From Hyalangium minutum (GTDB lineage: Bacteria; Myxococcota; Myxococcia; Myxococcales; Myxococcaceae): DNA of 248,000 nt. The translations under genes and the position numbers were made by a program. Location: assembly GCF_000737315.1 (NCBI RefSeq), contig NZ_JMCB01000002.1, forward strand, positions 20,001-268,000, written 5' to 3'. This document shows, in pieces, positions 163,562 through 173,784 of this stretch. Below the pieces are notes generated by a model. The model saw nothing but the letters and a program-made list of their open reading frames with translations. It did not search any database and was not told where the DNA came from. Position 1 is the stretch's first letter. Each line of letters opens with the position of its first letter.

Positions 163562-164862
163562 GCGGACATCCCCTGAGAGTTGGAGGCGGCACGTGCCGGG
163601 GGAGCGATGAGCGCCTGCCGCACGAGCCGCACGCCCCGTCCCAGCGTGGACAGAACCACCATCGCCGAGAACAGCATGCCGGCCAGGTACGCCAGCACCA
163701 TCACCACGCTCCCGGAGACAGCGACAAGCGCCTCGAGCGGCTCCGTGCTCGCAAACCGGGCCAGGACGGCGCCCAGCAGCTGCGGCAACGACGTCACAAG
163801 GACCCAGGTGGTGCGCGCGGCGAACACCGCGAAGGTGGCGAAGAACACAGTGGACGCCAGCGCATAGACGGCCAGCGCCACCCGGGAGCCCGCGAGGGGC
163901 GGCGGTCCCTTGTCCCGGCGTCCCATCACGAGGGAGGCCGCGCGTGTCAGCACGTTCGCGCCCCAGGCACGCGCCTGGTCGCGCAGGTTGGGCAGGCGGA
164001 ACAGGTCGGAGTAGACCCAATAGCCATCGAAACGGAAGAACGGATTGAGCGTCACGAAGAGTGTGGTCAAGCTGGCGCCCATGAAGGCGGCAATTGCAGC
164101 GCTCTGGGTTGCCAGTTGCACGGGCGCCGCCAGCGCCGTGACGATCAGCTGGAAATAGACCCCGCCGAGGTTGACACGCATCCGGCCTGCGCGCGGCAGC
164201 CGCCACGCCTCGGTGACATTGCAAAACAGCACGGGGAAGACCAGATACAGACCGATTCCAATTTCGGCGGGCTCGGCGCCGGAGTAGCGCGAGGCCGCCG
164301 CGTGCCCGAGCTCATGGAACGCGAGCGCGCTGAACAGCAGGACGTAGAACAGCAGGGCGTCGCCCAGCGTCATGTTGAAGGTGGTGACCGCTACGCGCAC
164401 GCTGCTGAGCTGGTAAGGCGTGGCCAGCAACCACCCGCCCAGCAGCACGGCGCACGCCAGCAGCGTCGTGATGAGCGCTCGCGGCGCGAACAGGAAGGTG
164501 AACGGGGAACAGGCGCGCGCCACGGTCTCAGGACCGGCCAACTGCCGCGCGAAGAACACGTAGGGAGAGTGGTTGCTGGCCGCTGGCGCGGCTTTCTTGT
164601 CGGTGGAGACTAACCCCGCGGGTATCAACTGGGTTTCAATGACCGAGCGCACCTGCTCGGCGGTGAACTTCACGTCGCCTTCATTCAAGCGCGCCACGAT
164701 CGCGTCGAGCGACGACTCGCGCTCCAGACACTCGAGCAGCCGCGCCAGCCTTTCGGAGCCATGAAAGGCGCGGCGCCCGACGAAAATGCAGTACCGGCGG
164801 CCGCTCTGCGGATCATCCGTCTTGGACAAAGACAGTGCGTCGGTCAGGTAGTATCGATCCAA
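163558..164862 (-). CDS. M50-family membrane metallopeptidase with N-terminal PqqD-like region (start uncertain)
   Basis: HELGH; NPFFRFDGY; multiple TMs; stop overlaps acyltransferase start. Confidence 0.8.
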   Translation of the reverse strand: MDRYYLTDALSLSKTDDPQSGRRYCIFVGRRAFHGSERLARLLECLERESSLDAIVARLNEGDVKFTAEQVRSVIETQLIPAGLVSTDKKAAPAASNHSPYVFFARQLAGPETVARACSPFTFLFAPRALITTLLACAVLLGGWLLATPYQLSSVRVAVTTFNMTLGDALLFYVLLFSALAFHELGHAAASRYSGAEPAEIGIGLYLVFPVLFCNVTEAWRLPRAGRMRVNLGGVYFQLIVTALAAPVQLATQSAAIAAFMGASLTTLFVTLNPFFRFDGYWVYSDLFRLPNLRDQARAWGANVLTRAASLVMGRRDKGPPPLAGSRVALAVYALASTVFFATFAVFAARTTWVLVTSLPQLLGAVLARFASTEPLEALVAVSGSVVMVLAYLAGMLFSAMVVLSTLGRGVRLVRQALIAPPARAASNSQGMSA

Positions 164863-165218
164863 GCGGGACTCTGGCTGAGAGGGTCTTGTTCCGACTATAT
164901 AGTAAAAGTTCAGAATAACGCGAATCCAGTTCTGTCGCGGATGGGCTGAGCGCGTAGCACCGCTCGCCGATGCGCCCGACCAGGAACTGCGCCGGCGGCT
165001 TCGCGCTCGTCGCCAGGACACGCCCCCCGCTAGCACCGACGTGCGCGTGCATGTGGAGCAGCCGCGTCGCCTTGGCCGCCACGCTCGCGCTGCAGCTGAC
165101 GTCTCCCTCAGGGCTTGGAGTCGATGACCGCGCCCGCCTGGGCTCCTTGCAGGTGGTGGCGCAGCGGGATCCGAGGTATTAGGTTGGATGTAAGAGACCC
165201 AACCTATTGGGGTAGATT

Positions 165219-165812
165219 ATGGACCTGAAGGCCGTCATCGCGCTCGAGCGGGCAGGCATGGACCCGGCTCACCCGGAGCGCCTGTGGGTGCCCACCGCGC
165301 TCGGCGAGCAGGGCCGGGTGGTGCCCCTGGACCAGGACCTGCCTGTCCCCGTCATGGACGACGGACACCGCGTGGTCTGGCTTCCTCTCGAGCCGTTCTC
165401 CCGGCTCTGGACGGGCTCGGCGGTGGCCCCGGCTCTCTCCCGCGCCTCCCCGCCCGAGTACGAGCCCTTCTTCATCCTCCTTGAGGCCACGGCCGCCGAG
165501 TACTGCGATGCCACCGGTCGTCCCGAGCGCGACAGGGAGTTCGAGCGCCTCTACCGGCAGCTGCGTCGTCGGCCGGACGGCGTGGATCCCAACCCCTTGT
165601 TTTCCTACCTGCGCGCCGCGGCCCGGCTCTACCTCTCCCTGCGGGATGTGAGCCGCGCCGAGTTCGAGTCTGTGGCCGACCGCCTGCGCCTCTCGGCCAG
165701 GACCTTCAGCACCCGGATCGACAGCACCAACTACCACCACTTCGTGCTCGAGGAGTTCTTCCACCCCACGGGACCGCTCCTCACCACGGGCTGGTCGGGA
165801 GGGCTCTCATGA
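165219..165812 (+). CDS. Hypothetical protein
   Basis: 197-aa ORF. Confidence 0.55.
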   Translation: MDLKAVIALERAGMDPAHPERLWVPTALGEQGRVVPLDQDLPVPVMDDGHRVVWLPLEPFSRLWTGSAVAPALSRASPPEYEPFFILLEATAAEYCDATGRPERDREFERLYRQLRRRPDGVDPNPLFSYLRAAARLYLSLRDVSRAEFESVADRLRLSARTFSTRIDSTNYHHFVLEEFFHPTGPLLTTGWSGGLS

Positions 165813-166882
165813 GCGAGTACCAGTATTACGAGTTCCGGGCCGTGGACCGGCCGCTCACCCAGCGGGAGCGGGCCGAGCTTCGTGCACTCTCTACCCGCGC
165901 CAACATCTCCGCGTACCACTTCTCCAACGTCTATCACTGGGGCAGTTTCAAGGGCTCCCCGGACGAGATGGTGGAGCGCTACTTCGATGCCCACCTCTAT
166001 GTGGCGAACTGGGGCGAGCGCCGGCTCGTGCTCCGTCTTCCTGCCCGGCGCTTCGACCTGCAGCGCGCCAGGCCCTACCAGGAAGGCCGCCGCACCGCGG
166101 TGCAGAGGAAGGGCGACCACGTCATGCTTCGCTTCGAGCTCGACGAAGCCTGGTCCGAGGACGTCCAGGGGGAAGGGTGGCTCACCTCCCTCCTGCCCCT
166201 TCGCGAGGAGCTTCTCTCGGGAGATCTGCGCTCGCTCTATCTCGGGTGGCTGGCACAGGCCGCGCTGGGGCAGTTGAGTGCGGACGACGAGGAGCCGCCC
166301 GTTCCCCCAGGGCTAGGCTCCCTCTCCTCAGCGCTCACCGCGCTCGCGGACTTCCTGCTCATCCCTCCCGAGCTGTTGGAGGTGGCCGCTCGGACCAGTG
166401 CCGCTGAAAAGCCGGTGCCGCGCGAGGAGTTGGAGACGTGGGTTCAGGCGCTACCCGCGCTGGAAAAGGATGCCCTGCTGGTGCGGTTGATCGACAAGGC
166501 CGGGGTGGCCCCTGGCCGAGTCGCGGAGAAGGCCATTCCTCCCCGGAGGCTGGTGGGCGCACTGCTCCGGGAAGCCGTAGCGCTCCAAAAAGCCAAGGAG
166601 CGGCGGGAACAGGAGCGCCAGGTCGCGGCTCGGGAGAAGGAACTCGAGGCGCTCGCGGCCCAGGGCTCCGCTGCTTGGGGGCGGGTGGATCAGCTCTTCT
166701 CCAGCCGTCGCCCCACGGATCATGCGGCCGGTGTGAGGCTCCTCGTGGACCTGAGAGAGGTCGCGCGCCGGAAGGGGACGGAGGACGCGTTCTCCCGCCG
166801 CTTGGGCCAGCTCCGCGAGCGCAATGCCCGAAGAGCCGGGCTGATCTCCCGCATGGACAAGGAAGGCCTGCACGCACCCTGA
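165809..166882 (+). CDS. Conserved hypothetical protein
   Basis: MSEYQYYEFRAVDRPL; overlaps upstream stop. Confidence 0.65.
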   Translation: MSEYQYYEFRAVDRPLTQRERAELRALSTRANISAYHFSNVYHWGSFKGSPDEMVERYFDAHLYVANWGERRLVLRLPARRFDLQRARPYQEGRRTAVQRKGDHVMLRFELDEAWSEDVQGEGWLTSLLPLREELLSGDLRSLYLGWLAQAALGQLSADDEEPPVPPGLGSLSSALTALADFLLIPPELLEVAARTSAAEKPVPREELETWVQALPALEKDALLVRLIDKAGVAPGRVAEKAIPPRRLVGALLREAVALQKAKERREQERQVAAREKELEALAAQGSAAWGRVDQLFSSRRPTDHAAGVRLLVDLREVARRKGTEDAFSRRLGQLRERNARRAGLISRMDKEGLHAP

Positions 166883-166903
166883 ACTCCCGCCTCGCCTGAA
166901 CGT

Positions 166904-169900
166904 ATGGCTCCTCCAGAGACCGAAACCCATCCCGAATCTTCTTCCCGCCGCGCAGCTCCTCAGCCGCTGGAGCCTCTGCGGAGGTGGCTCACCCGCGACG
167001 CGCTTTATGAGATAGCGGGCCCGCGGATGTACCGCCAGGGCCAGGCATGCCTGGCCCAGCACCGCGTGACTTCCTTCGAGGCACTACCCGACGTCCTCAC
167101 GGGGCAGGTGCTCAACCGCCGGGGACATCCCTACCCAGTCACCATCGGCACGGATGCGGATGGTTTCTCGGCGGAGTGCGAGTGCGAGCCCTTCTGGAAC
167201 GAGGGCTTCTGCAAGCATGCTGTCGCGCTGGGGCTGGCCTTTCTCCAAGCGGGGGGGGCCGTCTCGGAGCGGGCCCGGCCGCCGACCCGGTCCGAGCGGC
167301 CGCAGAGCTCCGAGCACCTTCAGGAGTGGTTGGAGGAGCACCACCTCGCTCATGCCCGGCGCATCCCCCTGGCCGTGGTGGAGCCCTTCCTGGAGCGGGG
167401 CTTCAATGGCACGCCCGGTTTCTATGGACTGGCGCACCTGCCCGTCACCGCGCCCTTGGATGGGTCTCTCGATTTGCGGCGGCAGGTGTTTGGGACCCCC
167501 GCGCAGAACCTGCTGCGCGAGGCCGTCTGGGCCTGGCTGGCTGCTGAGGCCGAGCGGGTTCGCAGGGGACTCGAATCCGAACAGGAGCGCGCCGCGGCGC
167601 CTCGTCCACCGCCCACCGATGTGCGGCTGATTCCCTGGAGAGAGGCGCTCGAGAGAGCCAGGGCGCGGGTGCGAGAGCAGGCCGTGCCTCGCCTGCTGCC
167701 GGGCAAGCCCGACATCACGATGCAAGAGCGCCCCTTGCTCCTCTTCATCGAGGAGCCGGGCAGTCCCTCTGCCGTCTTCGCGGGGAAGGACAGCTGGACG
167801 GGGATGATACGCGTGCGCGTGTCCGTGGATCCTCGCGCGCTGCTCGAGGAGCGGGGAGGGTTGTCCTGCTGGTGCACACCTGGAGGAGAAGCTCGCTGCG
167901 TCCATGTCCTCTCCGCACTTGATGCGTTGCTGGACATGCAGGGGGAGTCGCTCTGGGCCTCGTTCAACTCGAGGCTCGCGGAGCTGCTCTTCGAGCTGCC
168001 CGCCCGAGAGCTGCTCGCGGCTTTCGACAAGGCGGCCACCCAAGCGCCCGCGCAGACTCAAGGCAAGGAGGCCACGCGTGTCAGCTTCCGGCTGGAGGGG
168101 CTCGAACACCGGCAGCCCCACCTCCGCCTCTACACGCACAAGCCTCTGAAGAAGGGTGGCTTCTCCAAGGGAACGCCGGTGAGCTGGCGGAACCGGGAGG
168201 AGGCCCGCGCGCTGCTCTCGGATTCACGAGAGCTGGAGGCATTCGAGTTGGGCGAGCTCATCTCCCGGCTCTATACCTTCTCCGTCGACGGATACTTTCT
168301 GCTGCAGCGCGCGGTGAAGCTGCTGGCGCACAGCTCGCGGCTCTTTGCCGGGTCTCGGCTGGACACGCCCCTGCGGGTGCGGGAGGCGTCCCTCGGCCTC
168401 GCTTTCTCCGAGCGAGCGCCGGGGCTCACGGTCCATCCCGCCATCGACGGTGTCCCTGTGTCCCCTGACGCGCTGATGCCTCCGCCCTCGGGCTCCGAGG
168501 CTCCGCTGCCCTGGCTCCTGTTCGAGCCTGAGCTGCCTCGCCTCACGCTGGTGACGGTTCCGCCCGCGGCCCGTGAGGTGCTCACCAAGATAAAAGAGTA
168601 TGGGACGTGGCTCCCCGAGCATGTACGCCCGGCGGTGCTGCGCAAGCTCACGGAGCTGGAGTCCGCCTGTCCCGTGTTTCTCCCCGAGTCCCTGGAGGCT
168701 CGCCCAGTTCCGCCTGAGCCTGGATTCCTGCTGCGCCTACGGCCCGTGGGTGAGGAGTCGCTGGAAGCAGAGCTCCTCGTGCGGCCCCTTCCGGAGGCAC
168801 CCCCGCAGCATCCGGGTGAAGGCCCGCCCCGCGTGCGCGGCCAGCGCGAAGGAGAGCGGGTGGTGGTGATCCGGGATCTGGAGTCCGAGCGCTCCGCGGC
168901 CCTGACCCTGCGCGAGCGCCTCGGGGTGATGGCCACGGAGGCGCCGGGCTTCTTCCGATTAGAGGAGGCGGAAGCGACGCTCGACTTCCTGGAGCGGCTG
169001 GAGCCGCTGGCGGGGCCCGAGCTGCGTGTCGAGTGGGAGCAGCAGCCCTGGAAGGTCTCCCACGTGCCGGCGGCGCGGCGCTTGAAGGTGGAGGTGCTGC
169101 GCAAGCAGGATTGGTTCGGAGTCGACGGCGGTATGGAGGTGGATGGTGAGCGGGTGGAGCTGTCCGCGTTGCTCGAGGCCCTGCGCCAACGCCGCCGCTT
169201 CGTGCGCCTGAGCCCGGGGCACTTCCTGAGGCTGACCGAGGAGCTGCGGGAGCGCCTCACGCCCCTCTCGGATCTGGCGCATCCCACCCGCGAGGGCTTG
169301 GAGGTGAGCAAAGCCGCGGCACCCGTGCTGGATGCCCTCGCCGAGGCAGGTGTGGAGGTGCAGGCCCCACCCGATTGGCGCCGGCTCTCCACCCGCATTC
169401 GCAAGGCCCAGCAGCGCACCTTGGCGCTCCCCGCCGGTTTGAAGGCGGAGCTGCGCGACTACCAGCGCGAGGGCTTCCTCTGGATGGCCCGGCTCGCGGA
169501 GTGGGGCGGAGGGGCCTGCCTTGCCGATGACATGGGGCTCGGTAAGACGCTGCAGACGTTGGCGCTGCTGCTGCATCGCGCCAAGGCAGGACCTGCGCTC
169601 GTGGTGGCTCCGACTTCCGTCTGCTTCAACTGGGCGGCCGAGGCTGCTCGCTTCACTCCCTCCCTGCGGGTGAAGTCCTACCGCGAGGCGGACCGCGAGC
169701 GGCTCCTCAAGGAGCTGAAGGCGGGGGACGTGCTGCTGATCAGCTATGGGCTCCTCGTTCGCGATGCCGAGCGGCTCGGGCAAGTGGCCTTTGCCACCCT
169801 GGTGGTGGACGAGGCCCAGGCCGCGAAGAACCCAGACACGGCTCGCGCCAAGGCGCTCCGGGGGCTCCAGGCCGAGGCGCGGATCGCGCTCACGGGCACC

Positions 169901-170848
169901 CCCGTGGAGAACCGGCTCTCCGAGCTGTGGAGCTTGTTCCGCATCGTCTTCCCGGGGCTGCTCGGTAGCCGCGAGTCCTTCCGCAAGCGCTTCTCCGAGC
170001 CCATCGAGCGAGAGCGAGACCCTGCCGCCCGCGCCGCGCTCTCCCGCGTGCTGCGTCCTTTTCTTCTGCGCCGCACCAAGGCCGAGGTGGCACGCGAGCT
170101 GCCTCCGCGCATCGAGACGGTCGTCCCAGTCGTGCTCTCGGAAGGGGAACGCCGGCTCTACGAGCAGATGCGGCTCGCGGCGCTCGCTAGCGTCGGTGCT
170201 CATGCGGAGGAGGGCCAGCGCTTCGAGCTGCTGGCGGCCCTCACCCGGCTGCGGCAGCTGGCCTGTCACCCTCGGCTGGGAGATCCGGACTCGACCCTGC
170301 CCTCTTCGAAGCTGGAGCGCCTGCTGGAGCGCGTCGACGAGCTGCGGGCCGAGGGAGGCCGGGCGCTCATCTTCAGCCAGTTCGTCCAATTCCTGGGGCT
170401 GGCCCGGGAGGCGCTAGCGGAGCGCGGGTTCTCCGTGCAGTACCTGGACGGGCAGACGCCCCCCGCCGAGCGGCAAGCCCGAGTGGAGGCCTTCCAGCGC
170501 GGCGAGGGGGATGTCTTCCTGATCTCCCTCAAGGCGGGAGGCACGGGGCTGAACCTCACTGCGGCCGACCATGTCATCCACCTGGACCCCTGGTGGAACC
170601 CGGCGGTGGAGGATCAGGCCACCGATCGCGCGCATCGCATCGGGCAGACCCGCCCCGTCACCGTCTCTCGGCTCGTGTCCCAGGGGACCATCGAGGAGGC
170701 CATCCTCGCGCTCCACGCCGAGAAGCGGGAGTTGGCCTCGAACCTGCTCTCCGAGGCCGATGGCGCCGCCGCCCTCACCCCCGAGCAGCTCCTGAACCTG
170801 CTGCGCTTCAGCTCCGTCCCGGAGGCCGAGCCTGTCCCCGCAACATAA
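166904..170848 (+). CDS. SWIM zinc-finger SNF2 helicase
   Basis: CECE..CKH; second CWC..CVH; LADDMGLGKT; DEAQ; QATDRAHRIGQ. Confidence 0.9.
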   Translation: MAPPETETHPESSSRRAAPQPLEPLRRWLTRDALYEIAGPRMYRQGQACLAQHRVTSFEALPDVLTGQVLNRRGHPYPVTIGTDADGFSAECECEPFWNEGFCKHAVALGLAFLQAGGAVSERARPPTRSERPQSSEHLQEWLEEHHLAHARRIPLAVVEPFLERGFNGTPGFYGLAHLPVTAPLDGSLDLRRQVFGTPAQNLLREAVWAWLAAEAERVRRGLESEQERAAAPRPPPTDVRLIPWREALERARARVREQAVPRLLPGKPDITMQERPLLLFIEEPGSPSAVFAGKDSWTGMIRVRVSVDPRALLEERGGLSCWCTPGGEARCVHVLSALDALLDMQGESLWASFNSRLAELLFELPARELLAAFDKAATQAPAQTQGKEATRVSFRLEGLEHRQPHLRLYTHKPLKKGGFSKGTPVSWRNREEARALLSDSRELEAFELGELISRLYTFSVDGYFLLQRAVKLLAHSSRLFAGSRLDTPLRVREASLGLAFSERAPGLTVHPAIDGVPVSPDALMPPPSGSEAPLPWLLFEPELPRLTLVTVPPAAREVLTKIKEYGTWLPEHVRPAVLRKLTELESACPVFLPESLEARPVPPEPGFLLRLRPVGEESLEAELLVRPLPEAPPQHPGEGPPRVRGQREGERVVVIRDLESERSAALTLRERLGVMATEAPGFFRLEEAEATLDFLERLEPLAGPELRVEWEQQPWKVSHVPAARRLKVEVLRKQDWFGVDGGMEVDGERVELSALLEALRQRRRFVRLSPGHFLRLTEELRERLTPLSDLAHPTREGLEVSKAAAPVLDALAEAGVEVQAPPDWRRLSTRIRKAQQRTLALPAGLKAELRDYQREGFLWMARLAEWGGGACLADDMGLGKTLQTLALLLHRAKAGPALVVAPTSVCFNWAAEAARFTPSLRVKSYREADRERLLKELKAGDVLLISYGLLVRDAERLGQVAFATLVVDEAQAAKNPDTARAKALRGLQAEARIALTGTPVENRLSELWSLFRIVFPGLLGSRESFRKRFSEPIERERDPAARAALSRVLRPFLLRRTKAEVARELPPRIETVVPVVLSEGERRLYEQMRLAALASVGAHAEEGQRFELLAALTRLRQLACHPRLGDPDSTLPSSKLERLLERVDELRAEGGRALIFSQFVQFLGLAREALAERGFSVQYLDGQTPPAERQARVEAFQRGEGDVFLISLKAGGTGLNLTAADHVIHLDPWWNPAVEDQATDRAHRIGQTRPVTVSRLVSQGTIEEAILALHAEKRELASNLLSEADGAAALTPEQLLNLLRFSSVPEAEPVPAT

Positions 170849-170944
170849 GAGAGGGATGTAACAGGTCGAGCCATCCGCCCCAACTCCTGGGAATATGCGC
170901 GCCGACTTCGAGTTCGGCACGTTTGTCAGCCAAGGGAGAGGTGG

Positions 170945-172324
170945 ATGCACCGTCAACAGTGGCTCATCATGGGGTTGGCGCTCTTGGTGGGCTCGGCCGC
171001 AGGAGCACAGGGCCGGTCCGGGAAGAGCGAGCAATCCCGGCTCGGTGCAGGCATCGAGGCCAAGACGCTGAAAAATGGACTGAAGATCATCGTCTGGCCG
171101 GACCACGACATCCCCAACGTGGCCCTCTACAACTTCTTCCGCGTCGGCAGCCGCAACGAGCGCCCCGGCATCACCGGCTTGTCCCACTTCTTCGAGCACA
171201 TGATGTTCAACGGCGCAAAGAAGTACGGCCCTGGCCAGTTCGACTCCGTCATGGAGGCCGCGGGCGGCAGCAACAACGCCACCACGTCCGAGGACACCAC
171301 CCTCTATATGGATTGGTTCCCTCGCTCGGCGCTGGAGACCATCTTCGACCTCGAGGGAGACCGGCTGGCGAACCTGGCCTTCGATCCGAAGATCATCGAG
171401 AGCGAGCGCGGGGTGGTCTACTCGGAGCGGCGCTCGGGGGTGGACAACGACAACACAGGGGCGCTGCTGGAGCAGGTGCAGGCGACGGCGTACGTCGCGC
171501 ATCCGTACCAGTTCCCCGTCATTGGCTGGCCCTCGGACATCGAATCCTGGCGCATGGAGGACCTGCAGCGCTTCTTCCAGACGTACTACGCACCCAATAA
171601 CGCCACGTTGGTGGTGGTGGGCGCGGTGACGCCTGCGGAAGTGTTTGCGCTGGCGGAGAAGCACTTGGGCGCCATCCCCTCTCAGCCGCCGCCCGAGCCG
171701 GTGCGCACCAAGGAGCCCGAGCAGCAGGGCGAGAAGCGCGTGGTGGTGCGCCGCTCGGCCCAGGCCCCGTTGTTCCAGGTGGCCTACCACGCGGTGGACG
171801 CGAAGGATCCAGACCTCGCCGCGTTGGAACTGCTGATGAACATCCTGGCGGAGGGAGAGTCTTCGCGGCTCCACCGGCGGCTGGTGGAAGAGGAGCGGGT
171901 GGCCATCCACGTGGGCAGCCTCTTCAACACCACGTTTGATCCGTCCCTCGCGTTGTTCCTGGTGGACCTGCCGCCGGGCGGAGACGTGGGCCGGGTGGAG
172001 AAGCTGTTCGGCGAGGAGCTGGAGAAGGTCCGCGCGCAGGGCGTCACCGACGCGGAGCTGCGCAAGGCCAAGAACACCACCGTGGCGGACTTCTGGCGCG
172101 GAATGGAGACGAACAATCACCGGGCGCACTTGCTGGGCACCTATGAGGTCTTCCACGGCGACTGGCGTCGGCTGTTCGATGCGCCTGCCCGCTACGAGCA
172201 GGTGACGCGGGAGCAGATTCGCAAGGTGGCTGGGCGCATCTTCGACTCGAACCACCGCACGGTGGGAGTGCTGTTACCCACGGAGGGAGCCGAAGCTCCG
172301 GCAGGGAAGGAGGCGGGACGATGA
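170945..172324 (+). CDS. M16 (pitrilysin) peptidase, catalytic subunit
   Basis: HFFEH. Confidence 0.92.
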   Translation: MHRQQWLIMGLALLVGSAAGAQGRSGKSEQSRLGAGIEAKTLKNGLKIIVWPDHDIPNVALYNFFRVGSRNERPGITGLSHFFEHMMFNGAKKYGPGQFDSVMEAAGGSNNATTSEDTTLYMDWFPRSALETIFDLEGDRLANLAFDPKIIESERGVVYSERRSGVDNDNTGALLEQVQATAYVAHPYQFPVIGWPSDIESWRMEDLQRFFQTYYAPNNATLVVVGAVTPAEVFALAEKHLGAIPSQPPPEPVRTKEPEQQGEKRVVVRRSAQAPLFQVAYHAVDAKDPDLAALELLMNILAEGESSRLHRRLVEEERVAIHVGSLFNTTFDPSLALFLVDLPPGGDVGRVEKLFGEELEKVRAQGVTDAELRKAKNTTVADFWRGMETNNHRAHLLGTYEVFHGDWRRLFDAPARYEQVTREQIRKVAGRIFDSNHRTVGVLLPTEGAEAPAGKEAGR

Positions 172325-173760
172325 GCGGCAAGGTGGCTCAGGCAGCGCTCGCGGCGCTGCTGGTGACGACCGTGGCGGGAGCCCAGGGAGCAAAGCCCGC
172401 GGAGCCGGCGAAGGCGCAGGGCGTGCAGTTGCCCAAGGCGACGGTGATCGAGCTGAAGAACGGAACCCGGCTCATCCTTGCGGAGAAGCACGGCGTGCCG
172501 CTCGTCTCCTTCAGCGCGTGGCTGCGTGGGGGAAGCCTGGGCGAGCCCCAGGGCAAGGAGGGCCTGGCGTGGCTCACCGGGGAGCTGCTGCTCAAGGGGG
172601 CCGGGAAGCGCAACGCCCAGCAGTTCGCGGAGACGGTGGATGGCGTGGGCGCCGATTTCAACGTGTCGGCGACGCGCGAGGCGCTGCTGGTGGATGGGCA
172701 GTTCCTGGCGCGGGACATCCCGCTGATGGTGGAGCTGCTCTCGGATGTGTTGATGCGGCCCCGCTTCGAGCCGGGCGAGTTCGACAAGATGCGGGACCGG
172801 ATGGTCTCCGAGATCGCCGCGGCGAAGGACGGGGATCCGCGGGGCCTCATGGGCTTCTATTTCCTCGCCTTCCACTTCGCGGGCCACCCCTACGGGCGGC
172901 CAGTGATTGGCAGCGAGGCCTCGATTGCCACGCTCACGCGCGATGACGTGCAGGGGTACGCGAAGGCCCAGCTGGGGGGGGATCGCCTCATCCTCAGCGT
173001 GGTGGGGGACTTCGACACGAAGCAGCTGGCCAGCCGGTTGGAGGCCGCCCTCGGAGGTTGGGCCAAGGCTCCGGCTCCGGCTCCCGTGGTGCCGCCCACG
173101 GCCCCGGTCAAGGGCAGGCGTGTGTTGCTGGTGGACAAGCCGGACGCCACCCAGACGTACTTCTGGATCGGCAACACGGGCATCGCGCGCAATGACCCGG
173201 ACCGGGTCGACGTGACGCTGGCCAACACGCTGCTCGGCGGGCGTTTCACCTCGCTGCTGAACACGGAGCTGCGCGTGAAGACGGGCCTGAGCTACGGCGC
173301 CAACTCCCTGGTGATGAAAGAGACGCAGCCGGGCGTGGTGGCGATCTCCTCCTACACCAAGACGGAGTCCACGGGCCGGGCCATCGACCTGGCGCTGGAG
173401 GTGCTCAACCGCTACCGGCGCGAGGGCATGGATGACGCGGTGCTCGCCTCCACCCGGTCCTTCGTCCTGGGCCAGTTCCCGCCCACGCTCGAGACGAGCG
173501 CCCAAGTGGCCATGAAGCTGTCGGAGCTGGCCTTCTATGGGCTTGATGGCCGGGACGTGGACAACTTCGCCGCGGACGTGATGGGCGCCAGCCGCGAGCA
173601 CATCCACCAGGTGATGCAGCGCGTGCTGCCGGCACCGGAGGACCTGACCCTCGTGCTCATTGGCAAGGCGTCCGCCATCCGCGAGGCCGCCCGCCGCTAT
173701 GGGCCCGTGACGGAGATGAAGCTGTCCGACAAGACCTTCGCGCCCGCGCCCAAGCGCTGA
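172321..173760 (+). CDS. M16 peptidase, non-catalytic subunit
   Basis: [21 protein letters not shown]; no HxxEH. Confidence 0.88.
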   Translation: MSGKVAQAALAALLVTTVAGAQGAKPAEPAKAQGVQLPKATVIELKNGTRLILAEKHGVPLVSFSAWLRGGSLGEPQGKEGLAWLTGELLLKGAGKRNAQQFAETVDGVGADFNVSATREALLVDGQFLARDIPLMVELLSDVLMRPRFEPGEFDKMRDRMVSEIAAAKDGDPRGLMGFYFLAFHFAGHPYGRPVIGSEASIATLTRDDVQGYAKAQLGGDRLILSVVGDFDTKQLASRLEAALGGWAKAPAPAPVVPPTAPVKGRRVLLVDKPDATQTYFWIGNTGIARNDPDRVDVTLANTLLGGRFTSLLNTELRVKTGLSYGANSLVMKETQPGVVAISSYTKTESTGRAIDLALEVLNRYRREGMDDAVLASTRSFVLGQFPPTLETSAQVAMKLSELAFYGLDGRDVDNFAADVMGASREHIHQVMQRVLPAPEDLTLVLIGKASAIREAARRYGPVTEMKLSDKTFAPAPKR

Positions 173761-173784
173761 GGCTCGCTGGGACGGCAAGGTCCG

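Noticed and set aside
163562-164224. N-terminal extension of the acyltransferase in the ORF track
   Set aside because: It overlaps the M50 gene in another frame; the coupled ATG at 163561 is more plausible.
161950-165300. Prophage or integrase at tRNA-Phe
   Set aside because: No integrase, phage gene or att duplication is visible.
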